A stretch of 64,000 bases of DNA from an uncultured delta proteobacterium (GCA_963826785.1 CAWGYD010000008.1:32001-96000), one strand, 5' to 3'. Shown: positions 1 through 11,142, counted from the first letter of the stretch. Numbers and translations: made by a program. The notes: a model not told the origin generated them from the sequence alone.

Positions 1-1250
1 TTGACCATGCCGCCGTCGACTTTCAACACCTTGAGGTCGATCCCCGAATCCTTGGCCATGGCATCGAAGATCTCTTTGGTCTGAAAGGCGCAGGCCTCGA
101 GAACGGCCCGGGCGATATGCCCCTTGTGGATGTAATGGGTCAACCCGGTGATGACGCCCCGGGCATCGCTGCGCCAGTGGGGCGCAAACAGCCCGGAAAA
201 TGCCGGGACAAAATAGATCCCCCCGTTGTCCTCCACTGTTTTGGCCAGATCCTCGATTTCGCTGGACTCCTTGATCATCTCCAGGTTGTCCCGGACCCAT
301 TGCACCAGGGAACCGGCGATGGCGATGGAGCCTTCCAGCGCGTAAACCGCCGGCTGATCGCCGATCCGGTATCCCACCGTGGTCAGCATGCCGAATTTGG
401 ACTGCACCAGCTTTTCTCCGGTGTTGAGGAGCATGAAACACCCGGTGCCGTAAGTATTTTTGGCTTCTCCCGGCAAATAGCAGGTCTGGCCGAACAGGGC
501 GGCCTGCTGGTCCCCCAGTATTCCGCTGATGGGAACGCTTGCACTGAAAATGCCCGATTTATCGGTATGGCCGTAGATTTCGCTGGATGACCGGATAGTC
601 GGCAGCATCTGCTCCGAAACTCCCATGACCGCAAGCATTTCCGGGTCCCATTCAAGGGTTTCAATATTCATCAGCATCGTTCGGCTGGCATTGGTCACAT
701 CCGTGATGTGAATTCCGCCATCGGGCCCTCCGGTCAGCCACCAGACCAGCCAGGAATCCATGTTGCCGAAGATGGCATCACCGGAATCCGCCGCCTGGGC
801 GACCCCTTCCACGTTGTCCATGACCCACTTGATCTTGGGCCCTGAAAAATAGGTGGTCAGCGGCAGGCCGACCCGGTCGCGGAAGCAATTCATATCGCCC
901 CCCACCGCCAGTTGACGGCAGATGTCCTCGGTGCGGGTGTCCTGCCAGACAATGGCATTGTAGTAGGGTTTGCCGGTTTTGCGGTTCCACACCACGGTGG
1001 TTTCCCGCTGGTTCGTGATCCCCAGGCCCGCCAGCTGGCTGGGCTCGATCCCGGATCGCTGGACGCCTTTCCGGATCACCTCCATCGTGCGATCGCGGAT
1101 CTCCATGGGATCATGCTCCACCCATCCCGGCTTCGGATAGATCTGCCGGTGCTCGAGCTGGTGCATGGACACGATCTCTCCTTTCCGGTCGAAAATAAAA
1201 AACCGCGTGCTGGTGGTCCCCTGGTCAACGGCTCCCACGTATGTTTCCAT
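1..1250 (-). CDS. glpK: Glycerol kinase (3' end runs off the window)
   Basis: Not in the ORF track because it has no stop in the window. Manual translation from ATG at 1250 (RBS AGGAGG) gives [21 protein letters not shown]...GWVEHDP...[12 protein letters not shown]...[11 protein letters not shown], typical FGGY/GlpK motifs. Confidence 0.95.
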   Translation of the reverse strand, partial: METYVGAVDQGTTSTRFFIFDRKGEIVSMHQLEHRQIYPKPGWVEHDPMEIRDRTMEVIRKGVQRSGIEPSQLAGLGITNQRETTVVWNRKTGKPYYNAIVWQDTRTEDICRQLAVGGDMNCFRDRVGLPLTTYFSGPKIKWVMDNVEGVAQAADSGDAIFGNMDSWLVWWLTGGPDGGIHITDVTNASRTMLMNIETLEWDPEMLAVMGVSEQMLPTIRSSSEIYGHTDKSGIFSASVPISGILGDQQAALFGQTCYLPGEAKNTYGTGCFMLLNTGEKLVQSKFGMLTTVGYRIGDQPAVYALEGSIAIAGSLVQWVRDNLEMIKESSEIEDLAKTVEDNGGIYFVPAFSGLFAPHWRSDARGVITGLTHYIHKGHIARAVLEACAFQTKEIFDAMAKDSGIDLKVLKVDGGMV

Positions 1251-1651
1251 CGCTTTTCCTCCTGCTGTATGGTTTCCCCATCTAACTGTAAACTTTTGAC
1301 ATTGCTAATTTACACCTCAATCAGAAAAGGGCAAAAGATTTTTTAAACAAATTGCGGGATCAAAAAAAATAAGCCGTTGCCGGCAACTTTCCGATGATGG
1401 GATGATACATTTAATTCATTCCAAGTCAACCTATCGAAGAAAAGAAATTTGCGGATTTTTGATTTAATGTTCAATCTTTATTACAGATGTGCCTGTTTGG
1501 ATTTTGACGCAAAGCGTTAAAAAAAGTTTAACAAGAAGATTGATTTATTTACCGCTTGCTGTTAGATATGGTTACGATAACGTTTGATCCACTAAAGCTT
1601 CCCAAAATATTAATGATCATCTTCAAGCGGGTATCCGCAAGTGATAAAGAA

Positions 1652-3496
1652 ATGCAGATGAAAGAGGTCGCCCCGCTCCCAGACGGAAAAATCGCTTTGC
1701 GCAAGTTTCCCCGTATTCCCCGGGTTCAACTCCAGCTGGCATCCAATTCAGTCACCCGCTTTAAAATCGTCCGCCAGAACATGATCCGGTATTTTGCCAA
1801 TGACATGATCTGCCGGTGGATCAATTTAAGCTACAATTCATATTCCAAATTTTACGAAGGCCAACTCCGCCTGGGATTGCCCGTATCCAAGGAGCTGCTC
1901 AAATCAAGGGATGAATTGCGATCCCTTGCCGCCGGCAAGCTGGCCCTCACGCTCTACCACATCTTTCTGAGGGTGACCGGGACCCGGATTCCGAGAAACC
2001 GGATCAAGTACATCCTGATCGGGGAACTCGAAGCCGGCAGTCTTACACTGACGGAAAATGTGATCATACTGACCCGCAAACAGCTCAAGTATCTGACCAT
2101 CACCCGCTTGAAAATTCCGGCCTACTTTTTCTCGGACATATACGAGGAAGCCACCCGGCGGCGGATCCTGAAAGAGACCCTCAAGAGCAACCGGCTGCCC
2201 GCTTATTTCGACAGCGAAATCGAGGAAAATGCCCAGAACGGCCGGAGAGATTACGAAGTCGTTTATTACCGGGACTATACGGAAGAGGGAAAAGAGATCA
2301 AGTTCCGGCGGCTGGTCAGCATAGAAGACGTCACCTCGGGCGACAACCGGCCATCGGTGATCCTGATCCCGGGATTTGCCAACAACAGCAACTGCTACAA
2401 TCTCACCAATCAGCAGTCCATGGCCAAGGACCTGGCCGATGCGGGCCACTGGGTCTACCTGTTCGATCCCCGGGGGATGGGGATCAACCACGGCAAGTTC
2501 GACCCCATGTACACGGTGGATACCCTCATCGATTATGACCTGCCCACCGTGCTTCAGTTTATCAGCAACCGCAGCAAGCAAAAGCCATCCGTGCTGATCG
2601 GCCACAGCATGGGCGGCATCATCGCGGAAAACATGCTGCTCAACTGGAACCTGCGGCTGCATCTCAATGAAATCGAAGATCTGACCAGTGAGCAGAAAGC
2701 CTTTTTGAACCAGATCCTTCCCCCTGTCGACGCCGCCCAGGAGAAGCTTTCCCAGGTTCGGGCCGTGATCTCGCTGGGGTCGCCGAAATTTTTCAACAAG
2801 CTGTCCCATGCGTTATTCCCGGCCACCCTCTGGCTCAACCATCTGGCACGGATATTCAGGCTCCACCATGTGCCGGTGAAAGAAGTCGTGTCCCAGATGG
2901 TGCAGGCACCGGTCTTAAGCGATCTGACCCAGCTGATGTTAAGATCCAATCTCGGCGACTTGAATTTTTTAATCTGCCCGGAAAACCATAAATCAGATAA
3001 AAACTTTACCCGGCTCTACGTCCAGAATGCACTGGAATCGGTCCCCCTGGGACTGGGGTTCCAGTTTTTAAAGGCGATATACAACGGCGAAGGTTTCAAG
3101 CGCATGGACCAGAGCCGGTTCAACTATTCCACGCACCTGAGATATTTTCCCAAAAACATCCCCACCTTCCATTTCTGGGGGACCCGGGATCCGCTGGCGC
3201 CGCCGGACAACCTCCAATTCAGTAAGTTTTATCCCCACGGCTCCAAAAAAATCTATCATATCGAATCCGCGGAGCAGGCACGGCAGATCGAGATTTCTCC
3301 CCGACGCAGCCAGGTGGTGGATTTCGTCATCGAGGGGGCCAACCATCTCGACCTCCTCTACGGCCGGGTGGCCGAAGATATCATCAAGCCCCTGGTCTTA
3401 AAAATCATCGATCAGTCCTGGGGAGACTGGTCCTACGAGCAGCCTTCGGCCCCATCCGAAGATGAACCCGCCGAGCCGATGGCCTCCGCCAGATAA
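1652..3496 (+). CDS. Alpha/beta-hydrolase (lipase/esterase-like) with uncharacterised N-terminal region
   Basis: GHSMGG nucleophile elbow, LIPGF oxyanion region, WGTRDPL (Asp) and ANHLDL (His). Start uncertain (1556, 1652 or 1658). Confidence 0.8.
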   Translation: MQMKEVAPLPDGKIALRKFPRIPRVQLQLASNSVTRFKIVRQNMIRYFANDMICRWINLSYNSYSKFYEGQLRLGLPVSKELLKSRDELRSLAAGKLALTLYHIFLRVTGTRIPRNRIKYILIGELEAGSLTLTENVIILTRKQLKYLTITRLKIPAYFFSDIYEEATRRRILKETLKSNRLPAYFDSEIEENAQNGRRDYEVVYYRDYTEEGKEIKFRRLVSIEDVTSGDNRPSVILIPGFANNSNCYNLTNQQSMAKDLADAGHWVYLFDPRGMGINHGKFDPMYTVDTLIDYDLPTVLQFISNRSKQKPSVLIGHSMGGIIAENMLLNWNLRLHLNEIEDLTSEQKAFLNQILPPVDAAQEKLSQVRAVISLGSPKFFNKLSHALFPATLWLNHLARIFRLHHVPVKEVVSQMVQAPVLSDLTQLMLRSNLGDLNFLICPENHKSDKNFTRLYVQNALESVPLGLGFQFLKAIYNGEGFKRMDQSRFNYSTHLRYFPKNIPTFHFWGTRDPLAPPDNLQFSKFYPHGSKKIYHIESAEQARQIEISPRRSQVVDFVIEGANHLDLLYGRVAEDIIKPLVLKIIDQSWGDWSYEQPSAPSEDEPAEPMASAR

Positions 3497-3734
3497 TCGA
3501 TCGATCGCCTTTCTCACATGCACCCCCTGCCGGATGATGACGCCCCGGGGCCACAATGGCCGCCTGAACCCCCTATCCTTTATCTCTGCGCCAACCCTTC
3601 CTGCTGTACGGGCATTGCCTGAGCATCCGGCAGGGGCGCGGGTCTGCCGGTTATTAAAAGCGTCTGCCCCGTGGAAATCCTTTTCTCCGGTCCTTGTTTT
3701 TCGCCGAATCATCTTTATTTTAAAAAGTTAAAAG

Positions 3735-3868
3735 TGATGAACCCGTAAAAAGTCCAAAGTTCGTCACTCCGGTGAAAACCGGAGTCTATAACCAACTTAG
3801 TTTGTAGTAGATTCCGGCCTCCGCCGGAATGACGAAAGCGTAAAATCCGACTTTTTACGGCTTCATCA
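3735..3868. mobile_element. 134-bp MITE-like element, copy 1
   Basis: 20-bp terminal inverted repeats (TGATGAACCCGTAAAAAGTC / GACTTTTTACGGCTTCATCA, 1 mismatch), internal REP-like hairpins, AAAG on both flanks, near-identical copy at 59993-60126. Confidence 0.85.
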
Positions 3869-3914
3869 AAAGTGTGATCGACAATTTTTTTTACTTGTAA
3901 AGGAGTCAACACGT

Positions 3915-4874
3915 ATGGGCAATCAGATTAAAACAACCGTTCTGCTGGCGGTCATGACCGCGGTGATCCTCTGGGTGGGCAAAATGCTCGGCGGGACCGG
4001 CGGAATGGTCATTGCGCTGATATTTGCAGGCGGGATCAATTTCTTTTCTTACTGGTATTCCGACAAGGTCGTTCTCCGGATGTACAAGGCCTCACGGGTT
4101 TCCCAGGAAGAAGCCCCGCAATTGTACGGCATCGTGAAAGACCTCGCCGGCCGGGCCGGCCTGCCCATGCCTGCGGTATACATCATTCCCCAGGAAGCCC
4201 CCAATGCTTTTGCCACGGGCAGGAACCCCGAACACGCGGTGGTTGCCGTCACCCAGGGCCTTCTCAAGTACATGGATGCCGATGAATTAAAAGGGGTCAT
4301 CGCCCACGAACTCAGCCACGTCCAGAACCGCGATATCCTCATCGGCACCATCGCGGCCACCATGGCCGGCGCCATCATGATGCTGGCCAGCCTGGCCCGA
4401 TGGTCGGCCATCTTCGGCGGCATCGGCGGCAGCAGAGATGAAGGCGGCGGCGGAATTCTCGGCCTGATCGCCATGTCCATCATCGCCCCCATTGCGGCGC
4501 TGCTGATCCAGATGGGTATCTCCCGGTCCCGGGAATATCTGGCGGACAGTTCCGCCACCAAAATTACCGGGGAAGGCGAAAGCCTGGCCCGTGCCTTGGA
4601 AAAGCTTAGCGCCTATTCGAAGAAAATCCCCATGAAGGCCGAACCGGCCACGGCGCACATGTTCATCACCAATCCCCTGGCGGGGAAAAACATGATGAAC
4701 CTGTTCTCCACGCACCCCCCCATCGAAGACCGCATCGCCCGGCTGCGAAACGGCCGGTCGACCTACTCCCCCGGCAGGCCGGAAGCTTTCGGTGGAGATA
4801 AAAGCGATCACAGCGATAAAAAAGAAAACAGCATGGATGACCAGGCAAAGGATTTCTGGAACCGGCTGTCATAG
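3915..4874 (+). CDS. htpX: Zinc metalloprotease HtpX (M48)
   Basis: [16 protein letters not shown] (HExxH), SRSREYLAD and FSTHPP motifs; N-terminal TM helices. Confidence 0.95.
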   Translation: MGNQIKTTVLLAVMTAVILWVGKMLGGTGGMVIALIFAGGINFFSYWYSDKVVLRMYKASRVSQEEAPQLYGIVKDLAGRAGLPMPAVYIIPQEAPNAFATGRNPEHAVVAVTQGLLKYMDADELKGVIAHELSHVQNRDILIGTIAATMAGAIMMLASLARWSAIFGGIGGSRDEGGGGILGLIAMSIIAPIAALLIQMGISRSREYLADSSATKITGEGESLARALEKLSAYSKKIPMKAEPATAHMFITNPLAGKNMMNLFSTHPPIEDRIARLRNGRSTYSPGRPEAFGGDKSDHSDKKENSMDDQAKDFWNRLS

Positions 4875-4884
4875 GAAACATTTC

Positions 4885-5304
4885 ATGGATCAGAAGATCA
4901 GAGACGCCATCTACCGCGCCGTGGAAAATGAGCCGTTTGCAAAGACCATGGGACTTGGGCTTATCGGACTGGAGACCGGGTATTCCAAAGTGGAGATGAT
5001 GTATGCGCCGGAGGGTATGGCCAACATATACGCCCGGGCACACGGAGGCGCCATTTTCGCCCTCATCGACGAAGCCTTTGAAACCGCCAGCCAGACCGGC
5101 GGCACCATCGCCGTGGCCCTGAATGTCAATGTCAGCTATGTGGCCAGCCCGGAACTCGGAACCCGCCTTTTTGCAGAAGCCGTCGAAATCAGCCGATCCC
5201 GGAAAATCGCGCACTACGACATCCGCGTCACCGATGAAAACGAAACCCTGATCGCCACGTGCCGGGCCATGGCCTACCTGACGGGCAAACCCCTTCCGTT
5301 CTAA
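4885..5304 (+). CDS. PaaI-family hotdog thioesterase
   Basis: NIYARAHGGAIFALIDEAF motif; about 139 aa from ATG 4885. Confidence 0.88.
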   Translation: MDQKIRDAIYRAVENEPFAKTMGLGLIGLETGYSKVEMMYAPEGMANIYARAHGGAIFALIDEAFETASQTGGTIAVALNVNVSYVASPELGTRLFAEAVEISRSRKIAHYDIRVTDENETLIATCRAMAYLTGKPLPF

Positions 5305-5344
5305 GCTGATTTTCCCCTTTGTAGAGTTGGAGGACCGGCGTGGG

Positions 5345-5468
5345 GACACCCCCCTGGCCCCCCTCAAGGGGGGAATTATCAATGGCTTATCCCGACACGG
5401 GGAAGAAAATTCAACGATTCACCCTGCAAAGAAAAATTCCCCCCTTGAGGGGGGCGCAGGGGGGTGTC
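5345..5468. repeat. REP-like inverted repeat pair between convergent genes
   Basis: GACACCCCCCTGGCCCCCCTCAAGGGGGGAATT (5345-5377) and its near-perfect reverse complement (5435-5468). Confidence 0.75.
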
Positions 5469-5510
5469 GGACCGGCCGGTTGGGCCAAACCTTAGCGATT
5501 CATAATCAGA

Positions 5511-6455
5511 TTACTTTTCCAAAAACGCCTGCACCTCATCGATGATCGCATCGATCTCCCCCGGCTTTTTCCAGATCATCTCGGGATCTTTGCGAAACCA
5601 GGTCAGCTGCCGCTTGGCATAGCGGCGGGTCGCTTTTTTCATTTCCGCTACCGCCGCCTCCCAGTCGAAACGCCCCTCCAGAAAATCGAGCATCTGCCGG
5701 TATCCGATGGCCTGCATGGGCCGCAAGTCCTGCCCATATCCCCTTGCCAGCAGGGCTTTTACTTCCGCCAGCAGGCCGCCCTCGATCATGGACTCCACCC
5801 GGGCATTGATCTGATCGTATAATGCCTCGCGGTCCATATAGAGACAAAATTTGATTGTTTCGTAAAACCGGTCGGCAAAAGCGTGCGCCTGCTGATATCG
5901 GGACATGGGCGTTCCGGTCAGGTCGAACATCTCCAGCGCCCGTATGACCCGGTAGGTATCATGCGGATGGATCCGGGCGGCCGACTCGGGGTCATGCAAT
6001 TGAAGCCGCGCATAGAGGACCTCCAATCCATGATCACGGGCTTCCTCCTTGAGTTTTTCCCGCAGTTCCGGATCGGCCGGGGCGGCTTCAAACAGACCGT
6101 GCACCAGGGCCTTTATGTAAAACCCGGTCCCCCCCACCACCAGCGGCACCCGGCCCTGCTGACCGGTTTGCAATACGGCCTGCCGGGCTTCTCTGGCATA
6201 CCGCGCCGCATCATAGGATTCATCCGGGTCGGCAATATCGATCATAAAATGGGGCGCCCGGGCCCGCTCACCGGCATCCGGCTTGGCGGTGCCGATGTCC
6301 ATGTGCCGGTAAATCTGCATGGAATCCGCACCGATGATCGCTCCATGGAATTTTTCCGCCAGGGCCAGGGCCGCCGATGTCTTGCCGATGCAGGTGGGGC
6401 CGGTGATGATGACGATTTTCGGGGACTGTCCGCGCATAATGAATTGAATTGACAT
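5511..6455 (-). CDS. miaA: tRNA dimethylallyltransferase
   Basis: GPTCIGKT P-loop, DSMQIYRHMDIGTAKP, VGGTGFY, TRRYAKRQLTWF. Confidence 0.97.
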   Translation of the reverse strand: MSIQFIMRGQSPKIVIITGPTCIGKTSAALALAEKFHGAIIGADSMQIYRHMDIGTAKPDAGERARAPHFMIDIADPDESYDAARYAREARQAVLQTGQQGRVPLVVGGTGFYIKALVHGLFEAAPADPELREKLKEEARDHGLEVLYARLQLHDPESAARIHPHDTYRVIRALEMFDLTGTPMSRYQQAHAFADRFYETIKFCLYMDREALYDQINARVESMIEGGLLAEVKALLARGYGQDLRPMQAIGYRQMLDFLEGRFDWEAAVAEMKKATRRYAKRQLTWFRKDPEMIWKKPGEIDAIIDEVQAFLEK

Positions 6456-6523
6456 TCAGTTTTAAATTATTAATTTAACCGGAGAAAATGAATTTCGGAA
6501 ATAAGCATACGCTCAGAATTTTA

Positions 6524-6552
6524 TTGACATCCTCTGTATTTATCGATATCAA
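6524..6552 (+). promoter_or_regulatory. Sigma70-like promoter upstream of hdrA
   Basis: TTGACA-17 nt-TATCAA. Confidence 0.5.
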
Positions 6553-6694
6553 AAAAATTTTGACTTCGCTGTACCTTTCCTGTTGAATTTGCCGGATTTA
6601 CAAGGTACCGCCCACTGCGGATAAAATCAATCATTGTTCGAGCCGGCGCCTTTTGGCGAATCTGCTCATCATGATCAAACAGGAGTATCAAAAT

Positions 6695-9600
6695 ATGGCC
6701 AAAGACGTCAACGGATCCGTAATGGTCGTCGGCGGCGGCATTGCAGGGATGCAATCCGCCCTGGATCTCGCCGACTCGGGTTTTTATGTATACCTGGTGG
6801 AAAAGGGGCCTTCCATCGGCGGCGTGATGTCGCAGCTGGACAAGACCTTTCCCACCAATGACTGCGCCATGTGAATTATCTCACCGAAACTGGTCGAGGT
6901 CGGCCGGCATTTAAATATTGAGTTAGTCACTCTTTCGGAAGTCGTTGACATCAAGGGGGAAGCGGGCAATTTCGAAGTCGAGTTGCTGCAGAAGCCCCGG
7001 TACGTCGATATTGACAAGTGCATCGCCTGCGGTGCCTGCACGGAAAAATGCCCCAAAAAGGTGGACGACGAATACAACGCCGGGATGGGCAAGCGCAAAG
7101 CCATCTACGTGCGATATCCCCAGGCGGTTCCGCTCAAATACGCCATCGACGCGGAGAACTGCCTCCAGTTGACCAAGGGCAAATGCGGCGTCTGCGCCAA
7201 AAAATGCCCTGTCGGAGCGGTCAATTACGAAGACAAGGAAAAGACCCTGACCCTAAACGTCGGGGCGGTCATCATGGCGCCGGGGTTCGAGCCGTTCAAT
7301 CCGTCCGGGTTCGACAATTACCAGTACGCCAAACATCCCAATGTGATCACCTCCATGGAATTCGAGCGGCTGCTGTCCGCCTCCGGCCCCACCATGGGCC
7401 ATGTGATCCGCCCCTCGGACAAGGAGGAGCCCAAAAGAATCGCCTGGTTTCAGTGCGTGGGATCAAGGGATCTGAACCGGTGCGACAATGCATACTGCTC
7501 TTCCGTGTGCTGCATGTATGCCATCAAGGAAGCGGTGATCGCCAAAGAGCACGCCGGGGAAGGCCTGGATTGCGCCATTTTTTACATGGACATGCGGACA
7601 CCCGGGAAAGAGTTCGAGCGGTTTTACGAAAATGCAAAGACCAAAAGCGGCGTCCGGTTCGTCCGAAGCCGGGTCCACACCATCAACCCGGTTCCCGGAA
7701 GCGACGATCTGGAACTGCGGTATGTGGATGAAAACGGGGAGCTTAAAATCGAAGTCTTCGACATGGTGGTGCTTTCCATCGGCCTGCAGACCCCGCCGGC
7801 GCTCGTCGACCTGTCCAACAAACTGGGGCTTCAACTCACCCCCGGCAATTTCTGTAAAACCGAGACATTTTCTCCGGTGAACACCTCCCGGGAAGGCATT
7901 TTCGCCTGCGGTGCATTCCAGGGCCCCAAGGATATTCCCCAGGCGGTCATCGATTCCAGTGCGGCCGCTTCGGCAGCGGCTGAAATCCTGTCGTCCGCCC
8001 GCAACACCAAAACCCGGGCCAAGAAGGTCACCCCCGAACGCAAAATTGCAGGGGAGCGGCCGAAGATCGGCGTTTTTGTCTGCAAGTGCGGCATCAACAT
8101 CGCCGGCGTGGTGGATGTCCCCAAGGTGGTGGAGTACGCATCCACCCTGCCCTACGTGGAGTTTGCCACCGAAAACCTGTTTTCCTGTTCCCAGGATACC
8201 CAGGACAACATGGTCAAACTGATCCAGGAAAAGGGACTAAACCGGATCGTGGTGGCGGCCTGCACCCCCAAGACACACGAACCCCTGTTCCAGGAAACCC
8301 TGCTCAATTCCGGGTTGAACAAATACCTGTTCGAGATGACCAACATCCGGAACCAGAACTCCTGGGTGCACAAGAACAATCCCGAGATGGCCACGGAAAA
8401 AGCCAGGGACCTGGTCCGCATGGCGGTGGCCAAGGTCGCCCTGCAGGAGCCCCTGAGGGAAACCGAACTGTCGGTCAACCAGACCGCCATGGTCGTGGGC
8501 GGCGGCATTTCCGGAATGGCTGCCGCCAAATGCTTTGCCGAGCAGGGGTATGAAACCCACCTGGTGGAACACGATGCGAGCCTGGGCGGCCAGGCGAAAA
8601 ACCTGTTTCATACCGCCAAGGGTGAAGACATTCAGCAAAAACTTGCGGAAATGATCGAAGCGGTCAACAAGAATGACCGGATTCATGTGCACTTGAATAC
8701 GAAGCTTACCCAGGTGGAAGGGTTTGTGGGCAATTTCAAGTCCACGTTTTCCGCAAACGGCGATGAGACGAGCCTCGAGCACGGGGTGGTGGTGCTGGCG
8801 ACCGGCGCGGCCCCCTATACCCCCGTGGAGTACAGCTACGGCAAGGATCCCCGGATCATGGCCAGCCAGGAACTGGACCGCAGATTCATCGAAAACGACC
8901 CGGCCTTAAAAGAGATCAATTCCGCCGTGTTCATCCAGTGCGTGGGCTCCCGGGAGCCCGAGCGGATGTACTGCTCACGACTCTGCTGCACCCACAGCGT
9001 GGAAAACGCCCTGGAGCTCAAAAAGAAAAATCCGGAGGCCAATATCTATATCCTGTACCGGGATATCCGGACATACGGCGAAAAAGAATACCTGTACAAG
9101 GAAGCCCGGGAGAAGGGGGTTATCTTCATCCGGTTTTCCATCGACAACAAACCGGAGGTGACCGTCAAGAACGGCAAGGTCATGGTAAAGACCATCGACC
9201 ACATCCTGGGCCGCCCCGTGGAGATCGAAGCCGATCTGGTGACCCTGGCCACGGCCATCATCCCTTACCGGGATGAGCAGCTGGCCAACTTCTTCAAGGT
9301 TCCCATGAATGAAGACGGGTTCTTCATCGAAAAGCATGCCAAACTCGGACCGTCCGAATTCGCCACCGACGGGGCCTTCCTGTGCGGCCTGGCCCATTAC
9401 CCCAAGCCCATCGACGAATCCGTGGCCCAGGCAAAAGCGGCTGTGGCCCGGGCGGTGACGCTGCTTTCCCGTAAAAATATCTTCAGCTCCGGGACCATCG
9501 CCCAGGTGGAGCAGGCCAAGTGTGCCGAATGCGGCGTGTGCGTATCCCTCTGCCCCTATTCCGCGCCGTCTTTTGCCAAAGAGGGCCGGTTTGCCGGCAA

Positions 9601-9736
9601 GGCGGAAGTCAATCCGGCATTGTGCAAGGGATGCGGGCTTTGCGTGGCCTCCTGCCGGTCCGGTGCGATCCACCTGAAGGGCTTTGATACGGATCAGATC
9701 CTCACCCAGATTTTCGAACTCGATGAAGCGGTTTAA
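6695..9736 (+). CDS. hdrA: Large HdrA-family flavo-iron-sulfur protein, selenoprotein (UGA at 6872-6874), about 1013 aa
   Basis: ORFs 6653-6874 and 6983-9736 share a frame. Readthrough gives [25 protein letters not shown], with U at a conserved HdrA Cys. Two GGGxxG FAD motifs, QCVGSR/YCSxxCC motifs, ferredoxin motifs; RBS AGGAG before ATG 6695. Confidence 0.93.
6890..6907 (+). promoter_or_regulatory. Candidate bacterial SECIS hairpin (hdrA)
   Basis: CTGGTCG-AGGT-CGGCCGG stem-loop with G-containing loop, starting 15 nt after the UGA. Confidence 0.6.
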
Positions 9737-9760
9737 TGATCAAATATCCAAGGAGAGACA

Positions 9761-10192
9761 ATGGCTGAAAAAGAACCGAAAATCATAAGCTTCCTGTGCA
9801 ACTGGTGCAGCTATGGCGCAGCAGATCTCGCCGGGGTGAGCCGGATGGAATATCCGCCCAATATCCGGGTGGTCCGAATCCCCTGCACCGGCCGTATGAG
9901 CCCCAAATTTATCCTGGCGGGGCTTCGCCAGGGTGCGGATGCGGTCTGGGTATCGGGGTGACATCCGGGTGAATGTCATTACCTGGAAGGTAATTATTAT
10001 GCACGCCGAAAATTCGCCCTGATGAAAAACTTGTTGGAACACACTGGAATCGAGCCCGGAAGACTCCATTTCTCCTGGATCTCTTCGGCCGAATCCACCA
10101 AATTCGTCGATGTGGTCAAAAAAATCACCGCAGAAGTCAAGGCGCTGGATTCCGACAAAAAATACGCAAAAACCGAACCCAAGGTTGACTAG
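9761..10192 (+). CDS. flxD: MvhD/FlxD-type iron-sulfur subunit, selenoprotein (UGA at 9959-9961), 143 aa
   Basis: FLCNWCSYGAADLAG...IPCTGRM...VSG-U-HPGECHYLEGNYYARR; frame stays open to TAG at 10190-10192. Confidence 0.92.
9978..9994 (+). promoter_or_regulatory. Candidate bacterial SECIS hairpin (flxD/mvhD)
   Basis: ATTACC-TGGAA-GGTAAT perfect stem-loop 16 nt after the UGA. Confidence 0.65.
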
Positions 10193-10194
10193 AC

Positions 10195-11142
10195 ATGACG
10201 GCATATACCGAAAAAATCAGAGAAATCGCCAAACGGCTGCTCAGTGAAGGCAAGGTGGATATGGTCATCGGATTCCGGAAAGGAAGCCTGCCCATGATGA
10301 ACCAGCCCCTGTGCACCGCTTCGCCTGAGAAGACGGCAGAACTGGTGTGGGACAGCAGCTGCGGCATCAATCTGGCCAATTATATCACCGGCGGCAAGGA
10401 CAGGATCGGCATCGTCGCCAAGGGGTGTGATTCCAGAAATATCGTCACCCACATTATCGAAAACAAGATCAAGCGCGACCAGCTCCATATCATCGGAGTG
10501 CCCTGCACGGGAATGATCGACCGGCATGCGGTCAGCAAGAGGGTCGAGGGCGAAATTACGGAAATCGAAGAGTCCGGCGATTCCATTACGCTCAAGGGAA
10601 ACGGTTTTGAAAAAACAATTCCCAAAAAAGAGGTCCTTGCCGAAAACTGCGCCGTGTGCACGCACAGAAACCCGGTCATCTATGATGAACTGGCGGGCGA
10701 ACTGGTGGAAGAACAGGCGGATGTGGACAAGTACGCCTCGGTGGATGCGGTGGAGGCCATGAACCCCCAGGAAAAATGGGATTATTTCCAGGACCTGATC
10801 TCCAACTGCATCCGCTGCTACGCCTGCCGGAACGCCTGCCCCCTGTGCTACTGCCCCACCTGCTTCGTGGATGAATCCCGGCCCCAGTGGGTGGGCAAAA
10901 GCCAGGACCCCATCGATGTGCGGACCTTTCACCTGCTGCGGGCTTACCACTGTGCCGGCCGGTGCACCGACTGCGGTGCCTGCGAGCGGGCCTGCCCCAT
11001 GGGAATCAAGGTGAGGGAATTCACCAAGAAACTCAACAAGGACTGCCTGGACCTCTATGGGTGGGAAGCCGGGTTGTCGACGGAACAACGGCCGCCGCTG
11101 GATACCTACAAGACGGATGACCCTGAAAAATTCATCAAATAA
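10195..11142 (+). CDS. flxC: 4Fe-4S protein, FlxC-like
   Basis: CIRCYACRNACPLCYCPTC and CTDCGACERACP motifs; position in the hdr-flx gene order. Confidence 0.8.
   Translation: MTAYTEKIREIAKRLLSEGKVDMVIGFRKGSLPMMNQPLCTASPEKTAELVWDSSCGINLANYITGGKDRIGIVAKGCDSRNIVTHIIENKIKRDQLHIIGVPCTGMIDRHAVSKRVEGEITEIEESGDSITLKGNGFEKTIPKKEVLAENCAVCTHRNPVIYDELAGELVEEQADVDKYASVDAVEAMNPQEKWDYFQDLISNCIRCYACRNACPLCYCPTCFVDESRPQWVGKSQDPIDVRTFHLLRAYHCAGRCTDCGACERACPMGIKVREFTKKLNKDCLDLYGWEAGLSTEQRPPLDTYKTDDPEKFIK

Noticed and set aside
117..1346. Plus-strand ORFs 117-590 and 912-1346 and similar antisense ORFs across the window
   Set aside because: Shadow frames of real genes in GC-rich DNA, with no recognisable motifs.
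3500..3720. 6S or SRP RNA
   Set aside because: The SRP GGAA/AGCAG core and 6S-length rod were not recognisable; kept only as an unassigned inverted repeat.
6653..10192. hdrA and mvhD/flxD as nonsense pseudogenes
   Set aside because: Both TGAs fall at conserved Cys positions with downstream hairpins and intact frames, consistent with selenocysteine.
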